Source of the DNA: Amoebophrya sp. A120
Lineage: Eukaryota > Protista > Dinoflagellata
DNA: 64,000 nt
Direction: 5' to 3'
Assembly (NCBI GenBank): GCA_905178155.1
Contig: CAJINV010000013.1
Span: 734,344 to 798,343 of the forward strand
This document shows, piece by piece, positions 13,901 through 26,401 of this stretch. The notes beneath the pieces were generated by a model that had not been told where the DNA came from, did no database searches, and saw only the letters and a list, made by a program, of their open reading frames with translations. Made by a program: the position numbers and the translations under genes. Each line of letters begins with the position of its first letter. Within the stretch, counting starts at the first letter, position 1.

Positions 13901-16900
13901 TTCAGCGCGTGGCCGAGCCGGACAACAAGACCAGCACCAGACGAGGCGCACTGGAGATGGGACTACTGCGGGAAATAAACAAGCTGAAGCTGCAGCTTCA
14001 TCTTCCGATCCAACCGCCGTCGAGGTGGCGCAAAACAGAAACAAGAAGATGGGTACCCAGCAGCGAAACAAAGCACGCGCTGCGGGTGCGTCTTCATCTG
14101 GAACTACAGGAACAACCGGACACCACTCTCAGAAGCAAAATCAGAAACGGAGGACGAAGCAGCAGCCGCCGATGGCGAACGTTAGTGAACCCACTGCAAC
14201 CTCCGGCGGGGGATGTAACGACCGAGGACCAGAAGCTGTTGACGCGAACAAGAGTGCGGCCGTCGCTGCCTCGGGCAGTAGAAAGCAAGGCAAAACCGTT
14301 ACGCGGCGGACAGGCCGAGATCAAGAGCATTACGATGAACACCAGCATCAAGAGCGTGAGGTCGCTGAAGCTCAGGTGGACGAGGAGGACGCCGCCAGCG
14401 CGACCTCAAAGCACCAGGTGGCTGGTGCAGCGCGAGGTGACCTTACCACTTCTACCGCAGGAACTACAAGAAGAAAGACACGAAAGGTCCCGAACTTGGC
14501 TGATGAGCAGCACCAGCAGCAGTATTTGCAGCAAAGCCGTGGTCGCAAAGTGAAAGAGCAACAGGCCACCCTCGGAGGTTACCCGGACCAGCAGCGAGAG
14601 GGGAGAGAGCGGAAGAGTTCTCTTCATGATGATGAAGACCAGCTCCAGGAGCAATTAGATCGGCAAGAAACTGATGAACGGGCAGTAAGAGAGGAATATC
14701 GTCGAGGACGGGCCATCGAACGGAAGCAAGACGCTACTTTTGATGACCAGGAGGCTTCGGAGGTGCACCGGTCGCTCCGCTCCAGGGACGGGAGTAAGAG
14801 GGGTCGTGGTGACACAAGTGATTACGTTGAAGACCATGATGCCGATCATGGTCTCGTCCCACTGGATTCGCGAAATGGAGAGCCGTGTTCTGCTGCTGAT
14901 GGAGCGGCCGCCCTTTTGGAAGGTAACCCAGACAGGCCTGATGTGGTTGTTGATGGCAAAAATGTCGAAGATTTCTTGGACGAGGCAGAGAAGAGCCGAA
15001 AGTCGTCCAAGGCAAAAAAAGCCCGTCGAGGACGAGATGAAGATAAAAGCGCTGGTAATTATCAGCAGCAGCAGCAAGACTTCGAGCACCGGTCTCTGGA
15101 TGACCTACAGGGTGGTGGTGCACGTATGAATGAGCGTCAAGATAAAGAAGGACAAGAGCTTCGTAATGATGACGCCGTCAAGCGGAACAAGCACGAGAGT
15201 CCTGCAAGAACTTCGCAGCAGCATCACAGTGAAGATGCTCCGGTGGCTGCATCAGGACGAGCTACTTCCACATCAGTGGCACCTTCTCGTGGTGAACAAG
15301 TAGAACCAACAGCCAGCAGCAGCAACCCCAAGAACCCAACCGAACAGGAGCGGAACAAAGGAGCAGAAAAAGAAGTGCAGCCTCGGCAGGGCGATTCCGA
15401 TTTGACGCCGGCACAGCGCTGGAAGGTGATGAAAGACTACGGGACGAAGCAGTACGCGAATAACATTTCGAAGCAGCTGCACTTGGAGATGCTCTACCAG
15501 CGGTTCTCCGGCATCCGCGACCTACCCGAGAAGCTGCAGGACTTTCAGACCACGGTACAGGGCTTCGAGGAGCAGATGGTGATCGCGGCACTCTGGTTCA
15601 CTCTGACGCACAACGACAAGACCATCATGCACGACGTGCTACCGGACGTGGCCTCTCTGGCGCCCTTCACCCCGGGCGACGCGAAGATCATCGGGAACCG
15701 GCACTTGAAAAACAAAACCGAGATCGAGCAGGGTGGTGGGGGCGGTCATGCGGCGCAGCCCGGCGGCGCGGGAGGAGCGCAAACCCGCAGAATGCCTCCC
15801 ACTGGGTTGGTCAATGGACCGAAGGAACGACCGACGAATAAACGGTACACGACTTTTAAGGTCATACAAAAAGAAAAACTTGTTCTGCATGCTGTAAGTA
15901 CATCTGCTGACATGACCACTGTGAAGACAGAGTAACAAATTACAACACACAGCGCGCATTTGAAGATGGTAATGTTTTTGGAAAGAAGGAGTGCCATTGG
16001 CATTGCTGTTGACTCCGGTACCGGCTCCACACTTTCGAGTTTTTGCATGCAGAAGCAAGCATTCGACTTATCAACAGCTTGAAAGTTAGTAGTTGATGTT
16101 AGAAAAAGACAAGCATCATATTGTTCATACTAGCGTCATATATAATTCCAAGAGCACAACATCAACAAACAGGCCTGCCAGTCAGCAGCGCGGCGAACCG
16201 CAAGGCGGTTACGTTCCGCCGTCTTCCACAGTGCACCAACCCGGGCAACAAAGCACAAGTCAACGGGGCGGGCCTTCCAGCTCGGACCCCACATCGAGTG
16301 GCGGCGCGATCGTTCGACCAAATCACGGAAGCAAGCCTCGTAGCGATCGAGACCGTCGTGACCGTGAGATGATCCTACGCCCAGGGGGAAGCAAATATCG
16401 AGGCGGTGGTGGGCCTGCTCCTGCGGACCGCGATCGTGACATTCTACGGCCAAATGGGAGCAAACATCGAGGTGGAGGCGGGGCCGCCGACCGCGATCGT
16501 GACCGTGAGACTTTGAGGCCCAACGGTAGCAAGCAGCGAGGCGCCGGGGCTGTTCTTGACCACCGTGACCGGGACCGCGAGATTCCACGGCCTAATGGTA
16601 GTAGGCATCGAGGAGGTGGAGACCGAGACGCACCTCATGGTACAACGACTACTTCGCGACAACAGGTTGGGGCGAGCAAGCATCGGGGATCCGATAATCA
16701 TCCTCGCGGCGGGCGCAACATCCAAAGCACCGCGCGGGGCGCGGGACACCACCACCAGACCGATCGGCTGGATCGAGATCGGGAAAATCGCTTTCACGGA
16801 CGAGGACAGAGCCGGCGTGGCGGCGGTACTACTGGCAAGAAAGACAGCCGCAATCACCGGGATAGAAATGTTGGCAATGTTAACGACAGCCGCGACAATC

Positions 16901-17889
16901 ATGGCAATGCGGCTCCTCGAGGCGGAGGTGTACTAGATGAAAATATTAATCGAGAGCAGCAAGAACGTGGTCAACATAATGTTCCCCGGCGGGACCATTC
17001 CGGAGCACGATCAGTGGCACCAGGCGTCCATCAAATAGCCGGGAATAACAACTCTTCGAATTATACTTCCGCCGGAAACCTCTCGTTGATCCCAGTGGTC
17101 ACCGCATCCAGTACGGGACAGCACAGGAGCGGCGGACCGAACAACGACCATCGTGGCATCAACAACCGAGGTCATAGCCATCGGACGAATCGGGGTCACA
17201 GTGTAGCCCGTGGCGGCCGAAGGAGTCCCCACGGCCGCGTCGGTGGAGGGCAGAGCTCGGCGCGCGGGCGCCGCAGTTCGATGTCGATGGCGGGGGGAAG
17301 TTGCAATAACCACGGCCGCGGTGGGAACAATCAGCATGATCGCACCAACATTCGGGACCGACCCGGGCCGCTCACAAACATGATGCGGAATACCGAGCGG
17401 GCGAACGCGGGAGTAGATCTGCTGGACCGAGAGGCGCAACTCCTACGAATAAACAACAACATCAGTGGGCGCGATGGAGCTGCTGGTGTACTAGGTGGTG
17501 CGCCTCCAAGGGAGCAACAGCGCAGCCAAAACAAGCGCAGGCACAACGACGACAGAGGGGGAGCTCCTACTACGGGTGGTCCAGCGGCGAAAATTCGGCG
17601 TAAGGAGAACAACCACGGGGGCCAGCAGCCAGGTTCGTTACCGCAATCCCGCCAAGGCTCGCCGGCGGGGAGAACGGCCCGATCCGGTGGGGGCGAGCGT
17701 CGGGGCTGCTCTCCGGGCGGGGGTGGCAGTCGCGTCGACTATCCGCATTTGCAGACCGCTGCTGGCGGCTCACACCGGTCGGGGGGAATGAATCCAGCCG
17801 CGAATAGTGGAAACCGAGAGAGGAACGGAGGAGGAGGAGGTAACTACAACGGGCAAAATCGCGGCAGAGGCGGACCGATGAAAAAATGA
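7909..17889 (+). CDS. Very large multi-exon low-complexity protein (Gly/Gln/Pro/Tyr-rich segments, charged region, RG/RD-rich C-terminus); function unknown
   Basis: Frame-consistent joins at introner 8636, GT-AG introns 10007-10301, 10681-10815, 11103-11430, 11820-11988 and 12067-12386, and introner 13482. Introns near 9715-9871 and 15890-16120 were not resolved exactly. Confidence 0.65.
8636..8958. mobile_element. TAT..ATA introner, DR gttcg (family 5)
   Basis: IR tattacagtgaaaaatgcccccacc / ggtgggggcatttttcattgtaata; removing 328 nt joins ORF 7909 to the frame of ORF 9161. Confidence 0.92.
13482..13803. mobile_element. TAT..ATA introner, DR ctgat (family 5)
   Basis: IR tatcaaaatgaaaaatccccctccccata / tatggggagggggtatttttccttgcaata; removing 327 nt joins ORF 12555 to ORF 13710. 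Confidence 0.9.
16310..16630 (+). repeat. Coding tandem repeat, about 5 x 21-23 aa, RPNGSK(H/Y/Q)RGGG…DRDRD
   Basis: Visible in the translation of ORF 16093. Confidence 0.8.
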
Positions 17890-20687
17890 AGAGGAGCAGG
17901 CTTTTGGTTTTCTAGAACTGCGTGTAATTTAGAAGAAGCAGTATAATGGCACAAAATCAAATTGAAGGAGGGTAAGTAGTAAAGAAGTAAGTGCCCTGTG
18001 GCTGTGGCCGCGTGTTCATGATGCAATGAAGATTACTTTGTTGTTGAGTAGCCACTGCTTCTGCATAAACGCTGGATGATGTTCATACAGCGAATGCGAC
18101 TACATGCAAATAATTTAGCTCCTGGAGTTACACTTGAAGTTGTATTCGTACCTCGATTCCATATGCAACGTTGTTGTAATCTTTATCTTTGTCTTTGCTC
18201 TCTTTCTTTAGGAGTCGTCATCTGTTATTTAGTTCTTAGGCAAATAAAAAAGAAACAGAGCGACTCCATCTGCACCAATTGTTTAAGTTGTTGCTAGCAC
18301 GACCCCATGATCTGTAACTCTATGGTTGTATCATGAGCATGACCGGAGGAAGGTTTTTTTGATTGAGCTTTGCACGACACGGCGAGGCTCATGACCAACG
18401 TCAAAATGTACGAACACAACATCTGCGAAATATAAACAACAAAAAAAAGTAGCCAAAAATGAAGACAAAGACTGCAGTAGCTAGGGTAGTACTTCCATTT
18501 CTTTTTCTCATAGCATTTTGATGGATTCACTGTGACTGAGTTGTACTGCTGCATTTGGCGCCGTCAACGCGGAGGGGAAATTTTCGCTTGACATGTCATC
18601 GCCGCGCAGAGGGAAACTCAGTTGCACTTGCATCGATTGCTTTGATGTACTTACTCAAGTTATTGCCGAGTATGATCTAGCTGTAGGTAAATTTGATACT
18701 AGCTCCGGTAAAAATAGCACGACTACTTCCACTAACTTACTAGCTTTCCCAAAAGTAAAAAACTATTTAAAAACTTTTTCAAACAGAAACTTGAAACCCG
18801 CGAGCGACAACTAAGAACGTAGAAGAACTGATAAACTTTCAATTTTGCACCGACTCTCTACAAGCAAAGAGAGGCTATGACTACCCATAATAGGAAGTAT
18901 TTAGATTTACATTTATCCCAACGACCGTTGTACCACATCTTCACACTGACATGATTTATCAATTTTTTACTTTCGATTTTTACAAACATATCTTTCTTGT
19001 TTTGGTTCTACTTCTACTACGTCTGTCTCCTCACCTTGTCGGGAGTACAGTACTAGAAGTTTATCTACAAAGTGCAGTTGCAGTTTCCTTTTTTCCCTGG
19101 CCCGGGCGCTTGTATCATCCGGAAAAACAGTGAATTAGTCGATTTTGGGAGTACGAATATTGATATTCTCCAGCAGTAGGATTTCTTTTGACAGTGTAAC
19201 CGTAAGTATGCAATGTATTAAGGCGAGATGAAGTAAGTAGTACGAGCATCATCAGCGAAAACGATCGGTAATTTCGATTTTGCCATGTTATAGTAATCGA
19301 CAGTCGATTGTCATTGTTGACCACGAGATGAATCCTTGCAAAAGTATGAGTAGCGACAAATTGCGACAACGTTCTTTCTTGAGACCATCGATTGAGGCGA
19401 CAGAAAATGGAAAAGTGCACGAGGCGAAACTCTTGCGGTCGTGAATCGAAATCGTTTTCACATGACCTTCGAGATAGTATTATCGATTTCGAAGAAAAGA
19501 AGTCTGACTCTGAGGTGAAGTGCGTTCGTTTTGCATACTCACTTACAGTACCAGAAGGCCCGACGTTGCTGCCGTTTCCTTTTTTCGCCTGGAGGAGAAA
19601 ATTATGGACTTGGTAGGGAGGAGCAACCGCTTTGGCGCGACGCTTTTTGTTTTTGGTTTTGAGCGAAAAATTAAAACGTTAGCGTTAGGAAGACTGTTGC
19701 GTTATGTTTGTGTTTGTTGAAGATGTGGAGAGCTTCTTCTTTTGTACGCAGAAGTCTTACTTTTTCTTGGGTCGTGTCCAAAAACGAATAAAGCCATTTC
19801 GTTGTCTTCTTTTTCTCTTTATACTGCATTTTCGAGTAGTTATTCCCAGTGCTGCAAAGCATTGCATGGCCGGGCTTGAGGTTACTTTTTCTGCGCGTTT
19901 TTCTTTTTTGCTAGAAATAGTGAAGCTCTACAAATAGTGAGTCTCTACAAACAGTGTGTGAAGCTCAGCAAGAAACACACTCTGTTTTTTTGTGTTTTCA
20001 TCTGCGCCCTTCCCTAGTCAAAAAGGTGAGTACGCAACATCCTCAAAGAGCTTCACCCGCCCACCCGTCGGACTAGTACCAAAAACAGTCCACCAAATAT
20101 CAAAGAAAATAAAAGAAGGAGCGTTTTTTTTTGTGTGCGAAACCGCACCGGGGATAGATTTTGAACAGAAGATAAGCAAAAGAAAATTGATTCCAAAACA
20201 AAAACCGTAGGTAGTGTAAGCCACCTACGTAACACCAGCAACACCTCCACATCTTTGAGAGAGAGGAGCTGCACCAGCGTGGAAGTAGGAAGTTGTGAGG
20301 AAATTTTTACCGTCACAACCTCCCATCCAGGAGTTGATTGTAAGGCAAAGACAAATTGTAGTTCTTTTACTCTTGTCATTGTAGTTTTAGCACACATCTG
20401 CAGCAAGATTTGCGATTAGTGCAGTACAGGTGCACTAGTCGTGTGGCTGATAGCCCCGAGTTGCACGCAGCTGCTGTCGTTCTCCTGTAGTACTTCAACT
20501 TCCTTCCGGCGCGACCACAACCACTGACTTGAAGACAGCGACGTTCTTGCTCATAGCTGTACATCCCCAGTAGACCACCGCGGCATCCGCAAAGCGTCGG
20601 TCGTCGCCAGATTGGCTGCCTGCTACTTGTTCGACCACGCCGACAATTAGAAAATACCGGTGTTCTTGACCGTGAATAAAATACAAG

Positions 20688-23600
20688 ATGCAGGACCTCC
20701 AAATGCAAGATCCAAACGACCACCGCAACCGTAATCCTTTCGAGGTGGAGCGACAGCGGCTTGAAGGAGTCAATGCTGGTGAACAAGAGGATGAAATTGA
20801 CTGCATGGTGGGCGGTCAACAGCATATTGGAGATGTTGAAACAGGTGATTATGATCCGGCACTGCTAGAGCAACCTCTAGATCATGAGCAGGCGTCAAAT
20901 AAGCGGATGCTAGACAGCACCACTTCCGACGACGCTGACTACGATTTTGACCAGGAGCTGGATCTGGACCAGATGCAAATTCAGGTAGACGAAAACTGCT
21001 CCTCTGCAGGCACGAGGACCACTGGTTGTACTATGGCAAGTAGTACAACAAGCAGCAACAACTCCGGGGGCGGTCGCTCCGACAAGGAGGCTGCGGATAT
21101 TGCGCAGCTCGTGTCTGACTGTTTCAGTTTCGACCCGGCAAAAGACAAAACCTCGTCCCTCGAGGAGGACAAAATATTAAATTTGGAGCAGGAACAAGAA
21201 AATCATAAGCAATCCAGCAGCAAGAAGAAGATTTCCACCGAACAATTGTACACCCCGTCCGCACAGCCGGTGCTAAAACCCTCAACATCTTCGAAGCCTT
21301 CCTCTGCGCAGCGGTCCCCGGCGGTGTCACCGCCGGCGGCGATGAACGAGGAGCAGATGAAGATCACGGAGTGGCTGTTCAAGAGTTGCGTCGGCATTCC
21401 GCATATCAACTGCAAAAATGTCTGGGTCTGGGAGATTGCGAGATAATTTGTCATGCTAGTCTGGCATGACTCTGAACTCTGTGTTGCATGTTGGCCGCGA
21501 AGAGCCCCTCCTCCTTGTCATGCAAAAACGCAGTTTCTCATGCGGAATAGCAACTCAGAAACATGAAAAAAACTTGTCATGCTTGGCAGCGCATTATAGT
21601 GAGTTCACTCTTCCCTTTCTTGCATCACAAGTTTCCAGACCCAGACATTTTTGCATTTGATACCGCAGCGGACCAGCATTTCGCCCTCGGTGTCCGTGTC
21701 GCCGAATTTGAACAACGGGAACAAGTATCAAATGCAAATACTTATGTCTGGGTCTGGAAGAATGCAAACTTGTGATGCGCATTCCAGAACACAGAAAAAT
21801 CTCTCATGCCTAGGCAGCAAAAGTTGCCCACTTTCTGTCTCGAAAGTCAGGGACTTGTCATGCGGATTCGGCATTGCGGGAGCTTCTCGAAACCTGTGAT
21901 GCTAGAGCTTCCACGCCAGACCTTTTGCGTCATGCAAAAACAGCATGACTCTTCCAGACCCAGACATTTTTGCAGTTGATAACAAGAGCGGTCGTGGCAA
22001 TAGCAAGAAGAGCGGCGTCAATTCTACTGCTGGTGGAGGTGGAAGCTGCTCCTCTTCTTCAAATCCAGCCGCGGATCGGAACAACGCCAATCTGAGTGCA
22101 ACGGAAATGAACAACATCATGACGCTGCTATGGCGTTCTCAACTGTTACATTCTCAACTGTTACATGAATTTGTGATGCAAGAATGGCAAAAGTGATAGG
22201 GGGGATCTTGCGCGTCTTGCATGACAGATTTGGAACCGATTGTCAGCCTGTTTGGCCCTCTGAGAATTTGTCATGCGAAGCAGCTTGATGGTGACGATTC
22301 TGAAGGCAATTTTGCATGACAAATCATGTAACAGTTGAGAATGTAACGTTTGAGAACGCCATAGCTGCTCACCGGCGGATGCAACAAGACTAGTACCAGT
22401 AGAACTACTGCAGGAGCAAATACTAAGCGGAACAATGCCGCAGGAACAAGTAGTAAGATCTCATCCAAGAACACAGCAAATTCCAACAGATCCTCGAGAA
22501 GCAGTGTCGTTGTCCAGAAACAGCGCAGCCTGCAGCAGGCATCAGGCCCGACTGCGGACGAATTCGATCCTGCAGCGATACCGATGGTCGGGGGCGGCGG
22601 GGAAAGCCAGGAGCATTCTTCCGATTCGAACGGAGCAGTAGAGCACCGAAACGGGGGCTCTCCAGCAATACTGGAGATCCCAGCCGGAGCAACGACCACA
22701 GGCGATCTGGATTTGGACGCGATTCTCGGTCTGACTGCGGCGCGCCAGCAGCAGCTGCAGCAATACGCCAACTACAAAAACAGTATTTCATCTTCAAGTT
22801 TAATACCAGGGTCGTCGCAGCATCATCAACAGCACTCGTCGAACAAGCAAAATCAGAATTTGATCAGTTTCAAACTGAACAAAACAGTGTCCAGCTGTTC
22901 TTCCGGGTCCACTGCCTGCAGTTCTGGTGGTTCTATGTCCACTGCGTCCAGCACCCTGGTGGACAGCGCTCGAACCACTCCGCAAGGTGCGCACGTAATT
23001 CACGGGACGACCCTGGAAACGCAGGAACAGGTGCAGCAGTTTTTGTTGAACGTGGGCGCGGGTGCCGCGTCGGTGCCCGTCCAGAACGTCGTCTCCGTGT
23101 CTCCGGTGCTGGTCAGCACCGAGAATGGATTGATGCAGGTGATTGACGGCACAACAAGAAGCGGGGCAGCTTCATCAACAACATCTTCCGGGGCTCCTGC
23201 ACCGGGAGGTACAGCTGCACCGGTACAACATCAAGTTCTTGCAAATCTAGTTCGCCAACCGAGCAAAAACAGCAATAAAACGAAGCAGGTGATCGCGCTC
23301 GGCGGGGGTGGATCTGGTGGTGCAAAGAAACAGAAGGTCGAAGAGGTACAGCAAGTAGGGGTTGTTCAACATCCACAACTTCCTCGTGGAGCAGGACAAC
23401 TGATCCTACACCCACCTCCTCCGGGAACAAGCACTGCTGCTATCAGTATGCTCCAGCAGCACCAGGATCTTCAGCTTCAGCGCACACACTCGCAGTCCAA
23501 CGTGTCGATGATATCAACCACCGCTTCCTCAACCTTCACCCAAACCGTCGAGGAGTACCACCGCGAGGCGGACAAGTACTCAGAGGAGTGGAAGAAAAAT

Positions 23601-25365
23601 CTTTTTCTCTCCCCCCCGCCGGAATCCCGGTTCGAGTGCTCCATGCAGGGAACGGACATGAACGACCAGAAGATGGCCACGTTCCACAAGTGGCTGAATG
23701 AGATTCTCATCGGGGTCACGCAGTCCAGAGGGCCCCTAGTGAATGCGATGGTCGATTTCTCGGGGAACCCCGACCTGACCGACATGGCTCTGCGGAAGTT
23801 GCTCGTGGTGTTGAAGCGATCCAAAGTGCACGTGAAAAAGCTGGTTTTGAACAAAACCGGGATTTCGGACGTCTCGATGCAAAATTTGTTGAACTTCCTC
23901 ACCCCGAAGAACAATAGTGGTCAACAGCACAACGCTGGGGTCGAAGGTGGAATTCTTTCGTCGTCGCAAAACCAGCAGCACCAGCGGCCGATCGAGCACA
24001 TCTGCTTCGAGAGTTGCCCGAACGTGACGGAAAACGGGGTCTTAATCCTATTACGACACTTCGACCAGAACCCGCTCTACCCAGTCCGGAAACTGTTGGA
24101 CAACAAGCACGGAAAGCAGGACGTGCAATACGAGTCGGTCAACGTTCAAGCGAAGGCGTGCGAGAACATGAACTACGTGAATTTGTTCAACCGCATCCAG
24201 ATGGTATCCACAGAAAAAAACCCATCCACATACATTTTTTGCATGACAAACACAGAGTCGTCGAAAACCGGAGTAAGAGGGGCCGTCGGACCGGGAAATC
24301 GCTTGCTGGTTAATATGTATGCGTGACAAGCTGGCTGCGTTTTGCATTCGTGGCAGTCCAGGAAAGAGGAAGAACTAGTGAAGCGATCGGATCGACGAGG
24401 TGCGTCAGGGGGCGTCACTCATTCATTCATTCATTCATGTATGTTTTGCATGACAAATTGGATGTGGATGGGTGTTTTTTCCTGGATAGATGGAGACGAA
24501 GTTGTCCTATTGCTTCGACGACCGCATCGCGTACAACAGGAACCCGCTCAAGTGTCCGGTGCTGATGTTCTCCGGCGGTCTAAACCCGGGGTACACAGGG
24601 GGAGCTGGAAGGAACAATCTACATCCCAATAGTGCAACTACGGCTACCTCTACGGCGGCGGGGGTCCTTCTTGCGCAGCAACATCAGAACATGATCGGAG
24701 CTGCGCCAGGTGCAGCAGGTGGTCTACAAAACTACAACCATCTTCCCGGAGGTTATAATCTTCCACCACCGCAGCTACAGGCCCAGTTCCAAAATGTCTA
24801 CACGGGCGCGATTGTGGGCACGGTTCCCATTGGACCTGAGCTCCACCACCTGGGCACGACGACTTCTACACTAAGTTCTTTCGGAGGAATGCAACACCAG
24901 CTTCATGCAGCGCAGCAAAACCACAGCTCCTACGGCAGTCAGACAAGAAGTTGCGCGAACCATGTCGACCCAAGCGCTAGCACTGCTGCTGGCACTACTG
25001 CAGCAGCTACCCGAACTACTACACCGGATCTCGAGGATCAGGACCCCTTGAAGGCGGTGCAGGACATCATCGGCGAGATCAGCTCGAGTACGAAGGCCGG
25101 TGGCAAGAATACTAAAGGCGGGCGGGGGAAAGACGGTGCATCTGGCGTCAATGCCACCGCCTTCCCCGGTGGAGGAGATCGCGGTACCGGGAAAGATTCC
25201 CATTCCGCCGGCTGTACTAATGGCGGGCGGTACCGCGCGAACAGCCACTGTCTGCAGATGGGCGATACCATCGGCCCGCCGCCGGGCAAGGGCGCGGTGG
25301 TGTCCGGAGGGAAGATCTACTACTCGACGCCAGCACCGGTGCAGGGGAATGGTATAAGTACATAG
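20688..25365 (+). CDS. Large protein with an RNI-like leucine-rich-repeat region; four introners
   Basis: ORFs 20688, 21651, 21945, 22584 and 24490 join in frame. LRR-like segments VDFSGNPDLTDMAL, LVLNKTGISDVSM and ICFESCPNVTENGV. The 3' end may include a further small intron. Confidence 0.8.
21404..21662. mobile_element. TAT..ATA introner, DR ccgca (family 1a)
   Basis: IR tatcaactgcaaaaatgtctgggtctgg / ccagacccagacatttttgcatttgata; removing 264 nt is in frame. Confidence 0.95.
21726..21981. mobile_element. TAT..ATA introner, DR acaag (family 1b)
   Basis: Family-1 TIR; removing 261 nt is in frame; the interior is the reverse complement of 36241-36495. Confidence 0.95.
22129..22363. mobile_element. 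TAT..ATA introner, DR gctgc
   Basis: IR of about 40 nt, tatggcgttctcaactgttacattctcaactgttacatga / tcatgtaacagttgagaatgtaacgtttgagaacgccata; removing 240 nt is in frame. Confidence 0.95.
24205..24488. mobile_element. TAT..ATA introner, DR gatgg
   Basis: IR tatccacagaaaaaaacccatccacat / atgtggatgggtgttttttcctggata; removing 289 nt gives RIQM|ETKLSY. Confidence 0.93.
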
Positions 25366-26401
25366 TTGTTGATATTTCATCTCATATCACAGTACACAGG
25401 CTAATATAAGACGCCCCTGAATAAATAACTAAGTGAGTACTTACAAACGCTTATGCCCATAGAGTTAGGACTGGGTTTGTTTCCAGTTTAGAAGACCAGG
25501 AAAGGAGCAGGACAGCTATCCGCCTAGATGATATGTAGAATAGCGCGTGCGCTCGGTTTTGTGCCCATTTGTCGGTTGCTTAGATAACTTTTGAAAATGT
25601 CGGCTCAACTTCTGGATTGGTGAGTTGTTGTCACCAAGATCCGCAATAAAAACAGTTCGATCTTGAGGTTCTTTCCGACTTTCTGTTATTGTGACTTTCT
25701 GTTTTCTGTTGATGGTCTGAGTTTTTCGTTTTTGCGCGATCCTTTTTTTGTTTTCCTCGAGGTCGAGCGAGGATACTTTTGTCCTCGATACGTTTTTCAT
25801 TTTTGTTTTCCACCGTGTGGACTTTTATCCTGTTTGTCACGTTTTGCTTTTGCTTGGTTCTTGTTTTCTTTCTTGCAGCTCCCTCTGAATGATCTTCAGT
25901 ACCGGCGTGACGTAGCGCACAGACCAAACCCGCAACTGCCCAGGAGGGAAGATTCGCATTACCAACGCAGCAGATTATGAACCAGGGAGATGAGTGCGAT
26001 CATCATCATGCTTATGATGAACATGAACTGTGAGACAAGGCTGTTGATGACCAAGAAGTCCAAGAGCACGTGATCATCATTCTCATCAGATTTGAAACAA
26101 ATTTACCACAATAGTTCCGCGCCACAACCTGAACCACCACGGATCATCCGCTTCGTCCTACGGCTCATATCAACATCACTCTACTGCGGCCTGTGCGGCC
26201 TCAACCTCCACGACTTTTCGGGCACCGACCGGCTCCCCGCATCACCACGCGTCGTCGAGTTCCTCAAGCTCTCTGTTCGGAGGACCATGCGCAAGTGGCC
26301 AGGCACATGAAGATGATCAACACCACGAAAGTAGCGCCGGGTTTTTTCCGCATGGAGATCCTCAACATGAACATGCTAGTGGAGACCAACATCATTTTTC
26401 T

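Noticed and set aside
21404-22363. Clustered repeats read as a CRISPR array
   Set aside because: They are inverted termini of inserts in a eukaryotic gene; there is no repeat-spacer periodicity and no cas gene.
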